A stretch of 64,000 nucleotides of DNA from Heptranchias perlo (taxonomy: Eukaryota): positions 44,888,001 to 44,952,000 of the forward strand of contig NC_090334.1 of NCBI RefSeq assembly GCF_035084215.1, given 5' to 3'. The position numbers were made by a program, and so were the translations under genes. Each line of letters starts with the position of its first letter. Positions within the stretch are counted from its first letter, which is position 1. This document shows positions 62,256-64,000 of the stretch, piece by piece. Under the pieces are notes generated by a model that did not search any database, was not told the DNA's origin, and saw nothing but the letters and a program-made list of their open reading frames with translations.

Positions 62256-62609
62256 ACCTATGTGACACTGTGCAACAACTAATCATTCAAATCCTACAGC
62301 AGCAGCATGCCATTTCTCACCCCAAATAGGCAAGCTCCTGATCAGAGGCACTAACAATACAGCAGCTGTTCCAGAATAGTCTAATTAGGCTAATGCTGGA
62401 AACTTCGGTGGGATTAGTGCTTGTGCAGTTGTGGGTGGAAGTCCTGCCTCACTACAATTCTGATGGCAATCACATCCAAGAGGAAAATCTGGGTTATGCT
62501 ATCACTACTTATTCCTTACTGAGATGCACAGTAACTTGCATTTGCAATTGATTTGCCATAAAAGAAAGTTTTATTCAAGTTCACGATTAGCAGCAGAAAT
62601 GCCACCTAC

Positions 62610-62832
62610 TGGATAAGGGTCCTTCTGTCATTTTCCAAGCAGATTCTCAACTCTTCCAGAATTTTCCAACAGCTAGCAATATCTGGAACACTTCCATCAG
62701 GAAAAGGATAGTGATACACCATGAATCCCTGTTGCTGGTACGATTCCAGTAAGCCTGGAACCCTGTATTTCACCATTTCTCCTTTGGTACAGAACACAAA
62801 TACATCTTGTATGTTGTGGCTCTTGAGCTCCT
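62610..62832 (-). CDS. CDKN3: CDKN3 exon 5
   Basis: tgacag|AG ... CA|gtagg; ELKSHNIQDVFVFCTKGEMVKYRVPGLL...YPFPDGSVPDIASC...RRTLI; 223 nt. Confidence 0.95.
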
Positions 62833-63357
62833 CTGTCAATAGTTAAAGAAGATGGATACTATGAATTATATACTTTACTAACTCTACATAAGCTATACAT
62901 GTTAGAGGCACTGTGATCCAACAATAGAATAGACAGTGCAGATTGCAGGAGCTACTGCCTTATCTAAAATGGTAATTTAAGCAAGTAAAAGAACACTGCA
63001 GTTTGGTGGAGCTCTGGTGTGTTGATGCACACACAAAGACACGTTTCTTATTTCAGCTCCCTTTGTTGGTAGAAGAAACAAGTCAAATATGAGCTGCTCT
63101 CCTGCATCATTCTAGCACTAGGTTACCTGCAGCATTAACAAAAGCTTGAGAGCAAAACACCTGTGCACCCTCTTAACCAGGAAAGGAAAAAAAAATCCCA
63201 AAATAAATGTAAAGGAAATAGTAAAGAAGTACAAGGAAACTTTGGGCTTTTGGACCACTCCAAAACCTAAAAATTCAGGAGAATATTATCCAAAATGGAT
63301 ACCTTCCTTGAACCCAAAAACAGACTCATGCCATACGTATATATAAATATGCATTAC

Positions 63358-63402
63358 CTAAATCTTTTTGAAGGTTTCTTCTTACATCTTTAAATTTACA
63401 AC
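63358..63402 (-). CDS. CDKN3: Cyclin-dependent kinase inhibitor 3 (KAP phosphatase), exon 4; exons 1-3 lie beyond the window
   Basis: aaacag|GT ... G|gtaatg; GCKFKDVRRNLQKDL(E); 45 nt. Confidence 0.93.
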
Positions 63403-64000
63403 CTGTTTAAATAAAGTAGTTTAAGTATTTGTGTGAATCTAGGATATTTAAAAGGAAGCGATATTTAATGTAGGACATTCCAATGGCTGTACATCATTAT
63501 TTTCTTTCAGAAGAGTCAGACCAAAAAAAAGCCATGATTAGTTAAGGCCTGTCCCAAATAAAAGAAAATAATAACTACAATGTCATTATTACAACACTCT
63601 TACTTGATTACTAATAATCCCATCCACTAAAATATAGCATTATATTTTTCTATTAAAATCTTGATGGGAAAACTATAACAGCCTAACAGCCAATGCATCT
63701 GGCTACTTGCCTCTTCTGTTGCATGCTGCACTGCTGTAACCAAGGGCTTGCAAATTTTTCTTGAGCACTGGAAAAAAGTGAGCTTCCTGCTAAATTCTTG
63801 TATTGTGTAGCTGGACAGGGGCTTTGGAAGCCGATATTGTATTGGGAAGGACAAGCAAGATTGGGGCCGAGGAGACTGAAGGACCCCTTGTGAGACCAGG
63901 AGGGAGCATTCGTGCTCCTCCTGGCCCACAGGATTCCACAGAAAAAGTGATTTGAAAAAAAAAACTTACTTTGGCCTCATGCAGGCCTCCTAAATCCAGA

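Overview
Vertebrate genomic DNA, most likely a cartilaginous fish (shark), judged from its repeat families. It carries the conserved gene block CGRRF1(-) / GMFB(+) / CNIH1(+) / CDKN3(-), the same order as human 14q22. GMFB (7 coding exons, 142 aa) and CNIH1 (5 exons, 144 aa) are complete. CGRRF1 (exons 1-2) and CDKN3 (exons 4-8) run off the window ends. Introns and intergenic DNA are filled with CR1/L2-group LINE fragments, Penelope-like elements, SINEs, and relics of Tigger, Harbinger and Gypsy elements. Main findings: (1) spliced CDKN3 keeps an intact frame but its catalytic loop reads QCYGGLGCS instead of HCYGGLGRS, suggesting a pseudophosphatase. (2) GMFB has a U12-type AT-AC intron and looks unusually divergent. 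(3) Penelope ends with minimal hammerhead-ribozyme motifs, including a TSD-flanked fold-back copy, lie between the divergent CGRRF1 and GMFB starts. (4) There is a perfect 131-bp inverted duplication in a CGRRF1 intron. Comparisons with human proteins and repeat consensus sequences are from memory, not from alignments, and repeat boundaries are approximate unless a TSD is given.
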